From contig JBBREE010000003.1 in NCBI GenBank assembly GCA_038203255.1, positions 1 through 52,961 of the forward strand: a DNA stretch of 52,961 nt. Reading direction: 5' to 3'. The position numbers and the translations under genes are program-made. Shown here piece by piece: positions 38,236 to 47,025 of this stretch. Position 1 is the stretch's first letter. Every line of letters starts with the position of its first letter. The notes under the pieces were generated by a model. It searched no databases, was not told the DNA's origin, and saw nothing but the letters and a program-made list of their open reading frames with translations. The DNA comes from Candidatus Moraniibacteriota bacterium. GTDB taxonomy: Bacteria > Patescibacteriota > Minisyncoccia > Moranbacterales > UBA2206.

Positions 38236-38296
38236 TTCATTCGATTTTCCTGATTACACTGAAGTGAGAATAAAATCACTAATTCTTACCACTAAT

Positions 38297-39025
38297 ATGA
38301 AACTTATTATCCAAGCTCAAGGTTTGAGCAAGACTTATAAAAATGAAGGAGTAGAAACTAAAGCGCTTAGCAGTGCTTCTTTTTCCGTTGAAAAAGGTGA
38401 ATTTCTTTCTATTATGGGTCCGAGTGGTAGCGGTAAATCAACCTTGATGCAAATTCTTGGTATGCTGGACCGTTCTACTGAGGGGGAATATCTTTTTGAA
38501 GGGCGTGATGTAACAAAATTCTCTGAAGATGAATTGGCTAAGATTCGTAATCAAAAAATTGGCTTTGTCTTTCAATCATTTAATCTCTTGCCGAGAACTA
38601 GTGTTTACGAAAATGTAGAGATGCCACTTCTTTATGATACAGATGAGTCGAACAAAAATAATCGGCAAAAAGTTTTGAGCGCTCTTCGAGCAGTGGGGAT
38701 GGAACATCGGGAAAAATATCTTTCCAATCAACTTTCCGGTGGAGAAAAACAAAGAGTGGCGATCGCGCGCGCTTTGGTTAATGATCCGGAGATAATTTTT
38801 GCCGATGAGCCGACCGGTAATCTTGATTCCAAGTCCGGTCTACAAGTAATGAGAATATTGCAGGGACTCAATGATCGTGGACGCACCGTTATTCTCGTGA
38901 CACATGAAACTTATACAGCGGAACATGCCAAACGAATCATTTATGTTAAAGACGGAGAAGTTGTGGCGGATGATCCGGTGAAGCATAGAAGAATTGCGGA
39001 AGGAGAGAAGGAACTTTTGAAATAA
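38297..39025 (+). CDS. ABC transporter ATP-binding protein (MacB/LolD family)
   Basis: [31 protein letters not shown]; start moved to ATG 38297. Confidence 0.95.
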   Translation: MKLIIQAQGLSKTYKNEGVETKALSSASFSVEKGEFLSIMGPSGSGKSTLMQILGMLDRSTEGEYLFEGRDVTKFSEDELAKIRNQKIGFVFQSFNLLPRTSVYENVEMPLLYDTDESNKNNRQKVLSALRAVGMEHREKYLSNQLSGGEKQRVAIARALVNDPEIIFADEPTGNLDSKSGLQVMRILQGLNDRGRTVILVTHETYTAEHAKRIIYVKDGEVVADDPVKHRRIAEGEKELLK

Positions 39026-39032
39026 TTTTTTT

Positions 39033-40280
39033 ATGAATATCCTTTCCCCTATAAAAATTTCCCTTAAATATCTTCTGGCGGCGAAACTGCGCTCTTTTTT
39101 GACGATGCTAGGAGTGATTATTGGGGTGGCTTCGGTGATTATTATTATGGCGATTGGGCAATCGGCCCAAGCACTCATTCTTGATCAGATTGCGGGAGTC
39201 GGCTCGAACCTGATTGGTGTTTTGCCGGGAGCTTCTTCGGATAACGGTCCGCCAGCTGCGGCTATGGGGGTTGTTACCACGACACTTAAATATGATGATC
39301 TTGAAGCACTTTTGAATAAAAAAAATGTGCCGGAAGTCGAAGCTGGCACCGGGTATGTTTTGGGAACGCAAACGGCCGAGTATAAAGGAATTAGTCTGAG
39401 TACCTCTTTTTCCGGCGTAACTTCTGAGTATATTGAAGTGGAAAATACGGAAATAATGTCCGGTCGGTTTTTTACTCAAGATGAAGAGTCCAGTATGAAT
39501 CGCATTGCAGTGCTCGGAAATACCGTCGCTAAGGATTTATTTGGATCGGCCTCACCACTTGGGAAAACTTTCAAGCTTAAAGATCAGAACTTCACAGTCA
39601 TTGGGATTTTGAAAGAGCGTGGTTCTTCCGGTTTTGGTACCTCCAGTCAAGATGATTCGATTTATGTGCCATTAAAAACTGCCCAAAAAATTCTCTTAGG
39701 GATTGACCATTTAGGATTTATCAGGCTCAAAGTCAGAGATGCCGACTCGGTTTCTTCAGCGATTGCTAATGTCAAAACCACGCTTCGTGAACGTCATAAT
39801 ATCGATGATCCGGCTAATGATGATTTTTCTGTGCGTGACCAAGCTTCGGCCATGGAAACAATCAAAAAAGTAACGGATGTTTTGCGTTATTTTCTTTTAG
39901 CCATCGGAACTATTTCCCTTATTGTGGGCGGGGTGGGGATTATGAATATTATGCTTATTGCCGTGACACAAAGAATTCGTGAAGTGGGACTTAGAAAGGC
40001 AGTCGGAGCGAAAAATAGTGATGTGCAGTTTCAATTTTTGGTAGAATCGGTTTTCATTTCTCTTTTGGGAGGATTGGCGGGCATAGTTCTTGGAATTTCA
40101 TTTTCATTTTTGGTTTCAGTGGTTATCAATCTTTTGAGTTATTCTTGGCCATTTATTATTTCCTGGCAATCGGTTTTTGTGGCGACGGCAGTTTCAGTGG
40201 TAATCGGTATTATTTTTGGATTGTACCCTGCTAGGAAAGCTGCCAAGATAAGCCCGATGGAAGCACTACGATACGAATAA
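39033..40280 (+). CDS. ABC permease (MacB/FtsX family)
   Basis: LTMLGVIIGV, GGVGIMNIM, REVGLRKAVGA, YPARKAA. Confidence 0.93.
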   Translation: MNILSPIKISLKYLLAAKLRSFLTMLGVIIGVASVIIIMAIGQSAQALILDQIAGVGSNLIGVLPGASSDNGPPAAAMGVVTTTLKYDDLEALLNKKNVPEVEAGTGYVLGTQTAEYKGISLSTSFSGVTSEYIEVENTEIMSGRFFTQDEESSMNRIAVLGNTVAKDLFGSASPLGKTFKLKDQNFTVIGILKERGSSGFGTSSQDDSIYVPLKTAQKILLGIDHLGFIRLKVRDADSVSSAIANVKTTLRERHNIDDPANDDFSVRDQASAMETIKKVTDVLRYFLLAIGTISLIVGGVGIMNIMLIAVTQRIREVGLRKAVGAKNSDVQFQFLVESVFISLLGGLAGIVLGISFSFLVSVVINLLSYSWPFIISWQSVFVATAVSVVIGIIFGLYPARKAAKISPMEALRYE

Positions 40281-40310
40281 ATTCTGCGATTTGCTCGCAA
40301 TGACAAAAAT

Positions 40311-41564
40311 ATGTTTAATTTTATCATTCCCTTAAAACTCGCCGTAAGAAGTTTGCGTTCCAATATTGGTCGCACGGTTGTTTCGCTTTTGGGTATTGTT
40401 ATTGGCGTGGCCAGTGTAATTTTAGTTTTGTCTTTTGGGGCGGGCGTTAAAGATTTCGTCGTCGAGCAAGTTTCGGCTTTCGGAACTAATATTATGGAAA
40501 TTGAAGTGAAGGTGCCGAAAGTTTCCAAAACTTCTACGGCTAACGCGGTGGGACAAGCGGGTGGGACACAAATCACTACTTTTAAACTCAAGGACGCTCA
40601 AAAAGTGGCGGAACTCAAAAATGTTGAAGCTTGGTACGCGATGATTATGAGTCAACAGGTGGTCAGCTACGGAGGCGAGAATAAACAGGCCATGATTATG
40701 GGGGTAACGTCCGGTGTCACCGAGGTGGACAAGAAAACAGAGGTGGAAAAGGGGGTTATGTTTAGCGCAGATGATGATGACAGCTTGCGCCAAGTGGCCG
40801 TCCTGGGCTCAGAAGTAAAAGATGATTTCTTCGGGAGCGCCGAAGCGGTCGGGCAAAATGTGAAAATTAAAGGACAGACTTATCAGGTGGTGGGGGTTTT
40901 GAAAAAAAGAGGCGCCTCCGGACTTTTCAATTTTGACAACACGATTTATCTGCCATTACAAACCGTGCAAAAGAAACTTACTGGTACTGACTATATCCAA
41001 GCCGCTATTTTCACCCTGAAAGATATGAAAATTCTGGAACTTTCTCTTCTTCAAGCCACAGATGTTATGCGTGATCAGCATAACATTGATAAACCAGATG
41101 ACGATGATTTCGCAGTCAACTCCATTCAGGAGGTTTTGGCTATTTTGGATAATGTTTTTCTTTATATAAATATTTTGCTTATTGCCCTTACCTCCATTTC
41201 GCTTATTGTGGGCGGAGTGGGAATTATGAATGTAATGTATGTGACAGTGACGGAGCGAACGTTTGAGATTGGTCTCAAAAAATCTTTGGGGGCACTCCGC
41301 AATAGTATCCTCTTACAATTTTTGTTCGAAGCAATTTTTATGACAATTCTAGGTGGAATAATCGGACTTATTATCGGTTTTTCTCTTTCTAAATTGGGAG
41401 AAATCATTGCTGCCAATTTCGGCTTCTCGTTGCATTTCCCCGTCACCTGGTTTTCCGCTCTTGTCGGGATTGGTTTTTCCGCCGGCACGGGTATTGTCTT
41501 TGGGTATTTCCCGGCAAGAAAGGCTTCGCTCCTCACTCCGATGGAAGCGCTGAGGAAAGAATAG
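40311..41564 (+). CDS. ABC permease (MacB/FtsX family), second subunit
   Basis: LGIVIGV, GGVGIMNVM, EIGLKKSLGA, FPARKAS. Confidence 0.93.
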   Translation: MFNFIIPLKLAVRSLRSNIGRTVVSLLGIVIGVASVILVLSFGAGVKDFVVEQVSAFGTNIMEIEVKVPKVSKTSTANAVGQAGGTQITTFKLKDAQKVAELKNVEAWYAMIMSQQVVSYGGENKQAMIMGVTSGVTEVDKKTEVEKGVMFSADDDDSLRQVAVLGSEVKDDFFGSAEAVGQNVKIKGQTYQVVGVLKKRGASGLFNFDNTIYLPLQTVQKKLTGTDYIQAAIFTLKDMKILELSLLQATDVMRDQHNIDKPDDDDFAVNSIQEVLAILDNVFLYINILLIALTSISLIVGGVGIMNVMYVTVTERTFEIGLKKSLGALRNSILLQFLFEAIFMTILGGIIGLIIGFSLSKLGEIIAANFGFSLHFPVTWFSALVGIGFSAGTGIVFGYFPARKASLLTPMEALRKE

Positions 41565-41573
41565 CATCTTCTT

Positions 41574-41609
41574 TTGTTACGTAGCATGCTACGTAACAAG
41601 CTACGTAAT
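41574..41609. repeat. 26-bp perfect palindrome within 12-bp-period repeat
   Basis: TTGTTACGTAGCATGCTACGTAACAA (41574-41599) plus a third unit AAGCTACGTAAT. Confidence 0.9.
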
Positions 41610-41621
41610 AAATAAAAATTA

Positions 41622-41662
41622 ACCCCACTTGAATAATGCAAAATACTGCGATTCAATGGGGC
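41622..41662. repeat. MITE-like inverted repeat (ACCCCACTTGAAT...ATTCAATGGGG)
   Basis: Termini resemble those at 41706-41744 and 51037-51130. Confidence 0.6.
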
Positions 41663-41674
41663 GAGTAAAAAGAT

Positions 41675-41797
41675 ATGGCCAAAACAGAAAAGTACGTGCG
41701 AAAAGTTTACCCTGTTAAGTAACCAAAAAACTTAATAGGGCAAAAGTTGGTAATCACCCTAAAAAACAAAAAAATCGAGATTGTGGATTGGAGATGA
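41675..41797 (+). pseudogene. Remnant of a small AbrB/MazE-like DNA-binding gene interrupted by a palindromic element
   Basis: Single frame reads MAKTEKYVRKVYPVK*PKNLIGQKLVITLKNKKIEIVDWR*; the stop lies in the palindrome 41706-41744. Confidence 0.55.
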
Positions 41798-41838
41798 TTT
41801 ACCGCGTGCTGAGTGAATTTCAATTGAATAATCTTATC

Positions 41839-41870
41839 AGGCGGTCTTACTTAAAGCAAGGCCGTTTTTC
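41839..41870 (+). terminator. Intrinsic terminator
   Basis: AGGCGGTCTT-acttaaagc-AAGGCCGTTTTT. Confidence 0.55.
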
Positions 41871-41962
41871 TTTATTCACAGTTAGGCTTATAAAAGCCCT
41901 TGCGAGATGTGGGTCGTGTGTTATGCTGTAGATAAGGTAAAAGGTAAAAATTAAAAATAAAA

Positions 41963-42011
41963 AACCCACTAGCGCAAAAAATTTTCAACAAAAATTTTGC
42001 GGGGTTGGGTT
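41963..42011. repeat. Imperfect inverted repeat
   Basis: AACCCACTAGCGCAAAAAATTTT ... AAAATTTTGCGGGGTTGGGTT. Confidence 0.65.
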
Positions 42012-42020
42012 GATAAGCTG

Positions 42021-42273
42021 TATGGGAGGAGTTAACGGATTTTTTGCGCCTTATGCGTATTTGGGGATGATATATCTTTCAATACTTTTATTAATGAGTT
42101 TGAGTGCGGGCATGTTATTGGGAAAAATCATTAATAAAAAATGGACAGCTCCTTTAGTTGTTATGGCGAGTTGTGTAATTATTTATATTTTTGATTTAAA
42201 TGTTAGTTCTTCGGTGATTACAGCATTTGTTGTTTCCGTCGCGTACTTCTATTTTTTCAGGAAAAAAAGGTAA
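42021..42273 (+). CDS. Small membrane protein (~3 TM), start uncertain
   Basis: Hydrophobic ORF 42010..42273, probable ATG near 42022; 18 bp before the hydrolase gene. Confidence 0.55.
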
Positions 42274-42291
42274 TAATTAATAATTAAAAAA

Positions 42292-44790
42292 ATGAAAGAA
42301 AATAAAATATCACACCAATATTTATATATTCTAGTAATTTTTATTGCACTCGTTGCGTCCATAATCCCAATAGATTTTCAAGGCATAGAAAATTATTCCA
42401 AAGCCGAAGAAATATCTAATCTAGAAATAGCTAAAGACAGCACTGTTGTATGGGATAGCAACCAAAACATCAATGGAACAGTTACAATTAAATATGGAGG
42501 TACACTTATCATTAAAAACGGAGTAACTATAAGCTTTGGTCAACTCTCCCACATTGTTGTTAATGGCAAACTCTTTGTTAATGGCACAGTAAAAAACCCA
42601 ATTTATTTCAAGCGCGCCGACCCTAATTTTGGATATTCCATTTGGATTAATCAAGGGGGAAAGGCGCTTATAAAAAATGCCGATGTCAGTGGAGCAGGAA
42701 CGCAGATTTATCAAGTCAGATCTAATGTACCTTTTGTAAATACAGCTTATGCCGGAACTTATCATGGAGGCTTCTCAGTTAACGGCGGAGAATTGGAAAT
42801 TCAGGGTTCGAAAATTCACAACAGTAAATATGGGATAGGAATTGAATATGGCGCAGATCCGGAAAAGGTGATTGTGCAAAGATCTTCCTTTATTAACAAT
42901 GAAACAAATGTCTACAATGACAGCATAGAGATTCAATATGCTGATAAATATGCCAACTTTAAATATAATTGGTGGGAAAGCGCCGATGGACCAACGCATA
43001 CTTGCGAGGGTAGTTATTGCTATTATGAAAAGATGTATGGGAAAATAGATTTTTCCAATTGGCGAGTAACAGAAGATTTTCATGACCCGGTGATTATTGT
43101 GCCGGGAATTTTAGGATCATGGAAATTAACAGATAACGGAGATTGGAAGATGGATCCAATTTTTAAAGCATACGATTCTTTAATAAATACGTTTAAGGAT
43201 AATGGATACGAAGAGGGCAAGGATTTATTCCTTCTCCCTTATCAATGGAGAGCTGACAACATAGATACGGCTGGTATACTGCAAGAAAAAATTCGAAAAA
43301 TTAAAGAAGATAATAATTGGCCGAAAGTTGACGTCGTGGCTCATTCAATGGGTGGATTAGTGGCGAGGCAATATATTGAATCCAATGATTATCAAAATGA
43401 CATTGACCAATTGATAATGCTTGGGACACCTAATGAAGGATCTCCTGAAAATTATTTAACGTGGGCGGGTGGAGAATTGTCCGCCAGTAAGTTTGATGTT
43501 GTTGGAATAATATTAAATAAGATTTTCAAACAAGAAGCCAAAGAAAATGGTTCTGACAATATCTTTGAGTATCTTCATAACAAACCAATTAAATCAATCC
43601 AAGAATTACTCGCCACTTCTAATTATCTTTATGACACAAATTCTAACAAAGTGCGTTCCTATCAAGAGGGGGATTTTTATCCAAAAAATGATTTTATTGA
43701 CAATCTTAATCTTTCTGAAAATTTACAGAAACTAAATAAGGTTTCTTTGATAAATATAGTTGGCAAGCTAGATAAAAGCACGACGATAAATGAAATAAAA
43801 GTTGGCAAACCTTCAATAGATGCAACTTCACAATGGGCTTACGGAGAACCAATTAAAAATGGATTGACATATTCCGAAGGAGATGGCACTGTTCCTTTAA
43901 ATTCTGCTGAAGGAGTGTCCTCTGACGAGCAGATAGAAATAAATTCTGCCCATATGCAATTACCAGGAGAGGCTCAAGACATTGTGTATAAATCTATAAC
44001 AGGATATCTTCCGCAGAAAAAAATTCCTCTTGCTGGAATTAACCAAAGACTTTTCTTTTTTGCTCTTTCTCTCATCGATATCCAAATCATCGCGCCAGAT
44101 GGAGTACATTGGATTGGGAAGAATATTAAAAATCTGAAAGACGAAGATCAAATTGAAGGAGCATTTTACACCGGAAGTGAAACTGAAAATGAATTTGTTA
44201 GTATTCCCAATCCAGAGCCGGGAGAATATACGGTTGTGAGGCAGGGCACGGGAAATGGAGAATATACGGTTGAGATGAGTAATATCCAAGAGGCGCAAGA
44301 TGGCTCTGGGCAAGCGTCCGAATCCACCACAGCCATCACAGGAAACACTTCCGAGGGAAAAGAAGAAGAATCAAATGTAAAAGTTAGTAGTCTGATTATG
44401 AATGATGAAAACACTGCTGGGACAAACGATGACAGTAGCGATGACGACAGTGAGCATAGTAATAAAAGTAAGAAGAAAAAAAGCACCTCATCATCAGATA
44501 TTTCATCAGCTTCCGGAACAACTGAAAATTCCCTGATCCTGGAAAAATGGAACATTGATCAAAAACTTTTTCCCAATAAAAACGTGAGTAATTTTAATAT
44601 AAATAAGGAGGATGAGAAGGGAGAAACGCTTGACGCAAAAAATCCAATCGATCAAAATGGAAGAGGGAATACTTTTTTCTGGCGCATTACTGTTGGTTTT
44701 TTAGTTGTACTGGCAGTACTTTTAGGCAGAAGGATATATCTTCGACGACGCAAAAATAATTCAGCATTTAATTCAGGAATTAATTCATGA
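42292..44790 (+). CDS. Surface-anchored alpha/beta hydrolase (LCAT/PGAP1-like lipase/acyltransferase) with N-terminal beta-helix-like region
   Basis: N-terminal signal/TM; PVIIVPGILGS, YQWR, VAHSMGG, LGTPNEGS, GDGTVP, later His; Ser/Asp/Lys linker; C-terminal TM + RRRK. Confidence 0.82.
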   Translation: MKENKISHQYLYILVIFIALVASIIPIDFQGIENYSKAEEISNLEIAKDSTVVWDSNQNINGTVTIKYGGTLIIKNGVTISFGQLSHIVVNGKLFVNGTVKNPIYFKRADPNFGYSIWINQGGKALIKNADVSGAGTQIYQVRSNVPFVNTAYAGTYHGGFSVNGGELEIQGSKIHNSKYGIGIEYGADPEKVIVQRSSFINNETNVYNDSIEIQYADKYANFKYNWWESADGPTHTCEGSYCYYEKMYGKIDFSNWRVTEDFHDPVIIVPGILGSWKLTDNGDWKMDPIFKAYDSLINTFKDNGYEEGKDLFLLPYQWRADNIDTAGILQEKIRKIKEDNNWPKVDVVAHSMGGLVARQYIESNDYQNDIDQLIMLGTPNEGSPENYLTWAGGELSASKFDVVGIILNKIFKQEAKENGSDNIFEYLHNKPIKSIQELLATSNYLYDTNSNKVRSYQEGDFYPKNDFIDNLNLSENLQKLNKVSLINIVGKLDKSTTINEIKVGKPSIDATSQWAYGEPIKNGLTYSEGDGTVPLNSAEGVSSDEQIEINSAHMQLPGEAQDIVYKSITGYLPQKKIPLAGINQRLFFFALSLIDIQIIAPDGVHWIGKNIKNLKDEDQIEGAFYTGSETENEFVSIPNPEPGEYTVVRQGTGNGEYTVEMSNIQEAQDGSGQASESTTAITGNTSEGKEEESNVKVSSLIMNDENTAGTNDDSSDDDSEHSNKSKKKKSTSSSDISSASGTTENSLILEKWNIDQKLFPNKNVSNFNINKEDEKGETLDAKNPIDQNGRGNTFFWRITVGFLVVLAVLLGRRIYLRRRKNNSAFNSGINS

Positions 44791-44793
44791 ATT
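44758..44793. repeat. 12-bp tandem repeat (AATTCAGGAATT-like)x3 spanning the stop codon
   Basis: AATTCAGCATTT AATTCAGGAATT AATTCATGAATT. Confidence 0.8.
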
Positions 44794-44855
44794 AAAATAT
44801 TAAAAACAAAAACCCCATCGGCAAAAAAGTTCCTCAAACAAGAAAAAAGCCGGTT

Positions 44856-44896
44856 TTAGCTCAGGCATTGACAAACCTGAGTTAATCATATAACAT
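44856..44896 (+). promoter_or_regulatory. rpsP promoter with inverted repeat around the -35 box
   Basis: TTGACA (44868-44873), 17 bp, TAACAT; arms TTAGCTCAGG / CCTGAGTTAA. Confidence 0.65.
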
Positions 44897-44945
44897 AGAT
44901 GAGTAACTGATTTTATCCGAGTTAGCTTGGATTTTTATTAATATT

Positions 44946-45380
44946 ATGTTGACTATTAGATTTGCGAGAGTTGGTAAGAAGAATAAGGCACAATACAAAA
45001 TTGCCTTGCAAGAAAAAACAGCGGCTCCAGGAGGAAGACACGTGGAAATTTTGGGTTCTCATGACCCACACCTTAAAGCTACCGTTTTGAAAGAGGATCG
45101 CATTAAATATTGGCTTTCTAAGGGAGCGCAGGCATCTGATACCGTGCATAATCTTTTAGTGAGCAAAGGGCTTATCACTGACAAAAAGCGAGTAGTTAAG
45201 GTTCCGGCTAAGAAAGTAGAGGAAGTACCAGTCGAGGCTGTAACAGCTGAAGTTAAACCTGAGGCGGAAGTTAAGGTTGAAGAAAAGGTTGAAGAAAAAA
45301 AAGAAGAAGCTCCTAAAGAAGAAGTTAAGACCGAAGAAAAGAAAGAAGAAGCTCCTAAAGAAGAAATTAAAGCAGAATAA
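44946..45380 (+). CDS. rpsP: 30S ribosomal protein S16 with long Glu/Lys-rich C-terminal tail
   Basis: MLTIRFARVGKK, EILGSHDP, IKYWLSKGAQASDTV; 42-bp duplication 45291-45374. Confidence 0.95.
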   Translation: MLTIRFARVGKKNKAQYKIALQEKTAAPGGRHVEILGSHDPHLKATVLKEDRIKYWLSKGAQASDTVHNLLVSKGLITDKKRVVKVPAKKVEEVPVEAVTAEVKPEAEVKVEEKVEEKKEEAPKEEVKTEEKKEEAPKEEIKAE

Positions 45381-45403
45381 TTGAAAATTTTATAGATAAT
45401 ATT

Positions 45404-45502
45404 TTCCGCAGAAAGTGAGCATAAAAGTAAGCCTCACCTAGGAAATGAAAAAGTTTAAAACTTTTCATTTTGGTCGACTGCGGAAACGCAGTTTTTATTT
45501 TT
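45404..45502 (+). promoter_or_regulatory. Putative L10 leader / attenuator of rplJL
   Basis: TTCCGCAG (45404-45411) pairs with CTGCGGAA (45478-45485); overlapping terminator ACTGCG-GAAA-CGCAGT-TTTT. Confidence 0.7.
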
Positions 45503-45515
45503 ATCAAATAAATTT

Positions 45516-46034
45516 ATGCAGACAAAAGCACAGAAAAAAGAATTAGTAAAAAATCTCACCGAAAGTCTGAAAAATTCGAAAGCCGTGGTGTTTTCCGATT
45601 TTAAAGGACTGAAAGTGAAAGATATGACCGAGCTTCGCAGTCAATTGCGAGAAAAAGGTGTCGATATGAAAGTGTTTAAGAAAACTCTTTTGACCATCGC
45701 CCTAAAAGACGCCGGCGTGGAATTGGACGCGAACAAGTTTAAGGGTCAAATCGCAGTAGCAGTGGCTCGTGAAGATGAGGTGGAGGCAGCCAAGATCATT
45801 GCGAAGATGGCTAAAGCCAATGACAATCTGAAAATCGTGGGAGGTCTTATTGGAAAAAATATTTTGTCAGACGAAGAAGTGAAGGCTTTGGCAAAACTAC
45901 CAAGCAAGGAAGAAATGTTGGCCAAGTTGGTCGGAACCTTGAATGCTCCAATTTCCGGATTTGTCAATGTGCTGGCTGGAAATTTGCGCGGATTGGTGCA
46001 GGTTTTAAAAGCAGTAGCAGAATCAAAAAATTAA
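45516..46034 (+). CDS. rplJ: 50S ribosomal protein L10
   Basis: DFKGLKV, LRSQLR, KVFKKTL, LAKLPSKEEMLAKL. Confidence 0.97.
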   Translation: MQTKAQKKELVKNLTESLKNSKAVVFSDFKGLKVKDMTELRSQLREKGVDMKVFKKTLLTIALKDAGVELDANKFKGQIAVAVAREDEVEAAKIIAKMAKANDNLKIVGGLIGKNILSDEEVKALAKLPSKEEMLAKLVGTLNAPISGFVNVLAGNLRGLVQVLKAVAESKN

Positions 46035-46065
46035 GTAATAAGTAAATAAGTAATAAATCAAACAT

Positions 46066-46473
46066 ATGGCAGAAGAAAAAAAAGAAGCAGTAGAAGTACC
46101 GGAAAAATTTAAGAAACTAGTGGAAGAAGTGGAAAAAATGAGCGTTTTGGATTTATCCGAGCTCGTGAAAGTGCTTGAAGAAAAATTTGGTGTTTCCGCC
46201 GCCGCCCCAATGATGATGGGAGCTGCTCCTGCTGCTGAAGCTGGTGCCGCCGTGGAGGAAAAGAGCGAATTTGATGTGGAAGTGACCGCTTGTGGTGCTT
46301 CTAAAATCAATGTTATTAAAGCTGTGCGAGAAATTACCGGACTTGGCTTGAAAGATGCTAAAGATCTAGTAGACGCCGCTCCAAAGGTTATCAAAGAAAA
46401 GGTTTCTAAGGAAGAAGCTGATACTATGAAAAAGAAATTGGAAGAAGCTGGTGCAACTGTAACTTTGAAATAA
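46066..46473 (+). CDS. rplL: 50S ribosomal protein L7/L12
   Basis: [50 protein letters not shown]. Confidence 0.98.
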   Translation: MAEEKKEAVEVPEKFKKLVEEVEKMSVLDLSELVKVLEEKFGVSAAAPMMMGAAPAAEAGAAVEEKSEFDVEVTACGASKINVIKAVREITGLGLKDAKDLVDAAPKVIKEKVSKEEADTMKKKLEEAGATVTLK

Positions 46474-46496
46474 TTTTTTTTGAGAAGAAGTTCACG

Positions 46497-46524
46497 AAAA
46501 AACCGCCTGAGGGCGGTTTTTTTT
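46497..46524 (+). terminator. Intrinsic (bidirectional) terminator after rplL
   Basis: AAAAAACCGCC-tgag-GGCGGTTTTTTTT. Confidence 0.85.
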
Positions 46525-46577
46525 GTTCTGAAGATGATCGTCAAAAATTCTAAGCGAGCGCGTAAGCCCCAATCTCT

Positions 46578-46826
46578 TTACGCTAAATCTTTCTTCATTC
46601 TCTCAAAATCTTCTTTGGTGATTTCGCCTTTGGCGTAGCGTTCTTTGAGGATGGACATAGAGTCGTCTTCCTTGTTATTATGGTGGCATCCTCCCGGGCC
46701 ACAATTGTGCCAGGTGCGACCACGCATAACGGCGACAATGAGCCAAATGATGACCACCCAAAAAATTATATTCAATATCCAACCAAAACCAAACATTCCG
46801 CCATAACCATAATATTGTCCCATCAT
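46578..46826 (-). CDS. SHOCT-domain membrane protein
   Basis: MMGQYYGYGGMFGFGW-TM; ILKERYAKGEITKEDFERMKKDL; start moved to ATG 46826. Confidence 0.88.
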   Translation of the reverse strand: MMGQYYGYGGMFGFGWILNIIFWVVIIWLIVAVMRGRTWHNCGPGGCHHNNKEDDSMSILKERYAKGEITKEDFERMKKDLA

Positions 46827-46890
46827 ATTTTTGAAGTTAGTTATTATTATACTATACGTAATACTGATATCGGGGATAAAAATTTCCATG

Positions 46891-46937
46891 ATAAAAATAC
46901 CTATGTCCGTACCTACGCACGTAGGTACGAGTGTAAT
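46891..46937. repeat. 47-bp direct repeat, left copy (island 2 boundary)
   Basis: ATAAAAATACCTATGTCCGTACCTACGCACGTAGGTACGAGTGTAAT; 1 mismatch to 50000-50046. Confidence 0.95.
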
Positions 46938-46957
46938 TTTCTAAGAGGAATTATTGG

Positions 46958-47004
46958 TTTGACCTTTATTCAAGCCTGTGATAATATGTGGTAGGCTCGA
47001 ATAA
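46958..47004 (+). promoter_or_regulatory. Cassette-head promoter/palindrome, copy a
   Basis: TTGACC, 17 bp, TGaTAATAT; arms TTATTCAAGCCT / AGGCTCGAATAA enclose the -10; repeated at 48012-48058. Confidence 0.75.
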
Positions 47005-47025
47005 AAGTAAAATTTATAAGAGAAA

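Noticed and set aside
40291-40304. GCTCGCAATGAC REP-like half-site between the permeases
   Set aside because: No complementary arm or second copy in the window.
41872-41880. DnaA box suggesting oriC
   Set aside because: Single TTATTCACA match, no box cluster, no dnaA/dnaN nearby, and no change in gene orientation.
45291-45374. 42-bp duplication in the rpsP tail
   Set aside because: Low-complexity Glu/Lys S16 extensions are common; not evidence of a distinct system.
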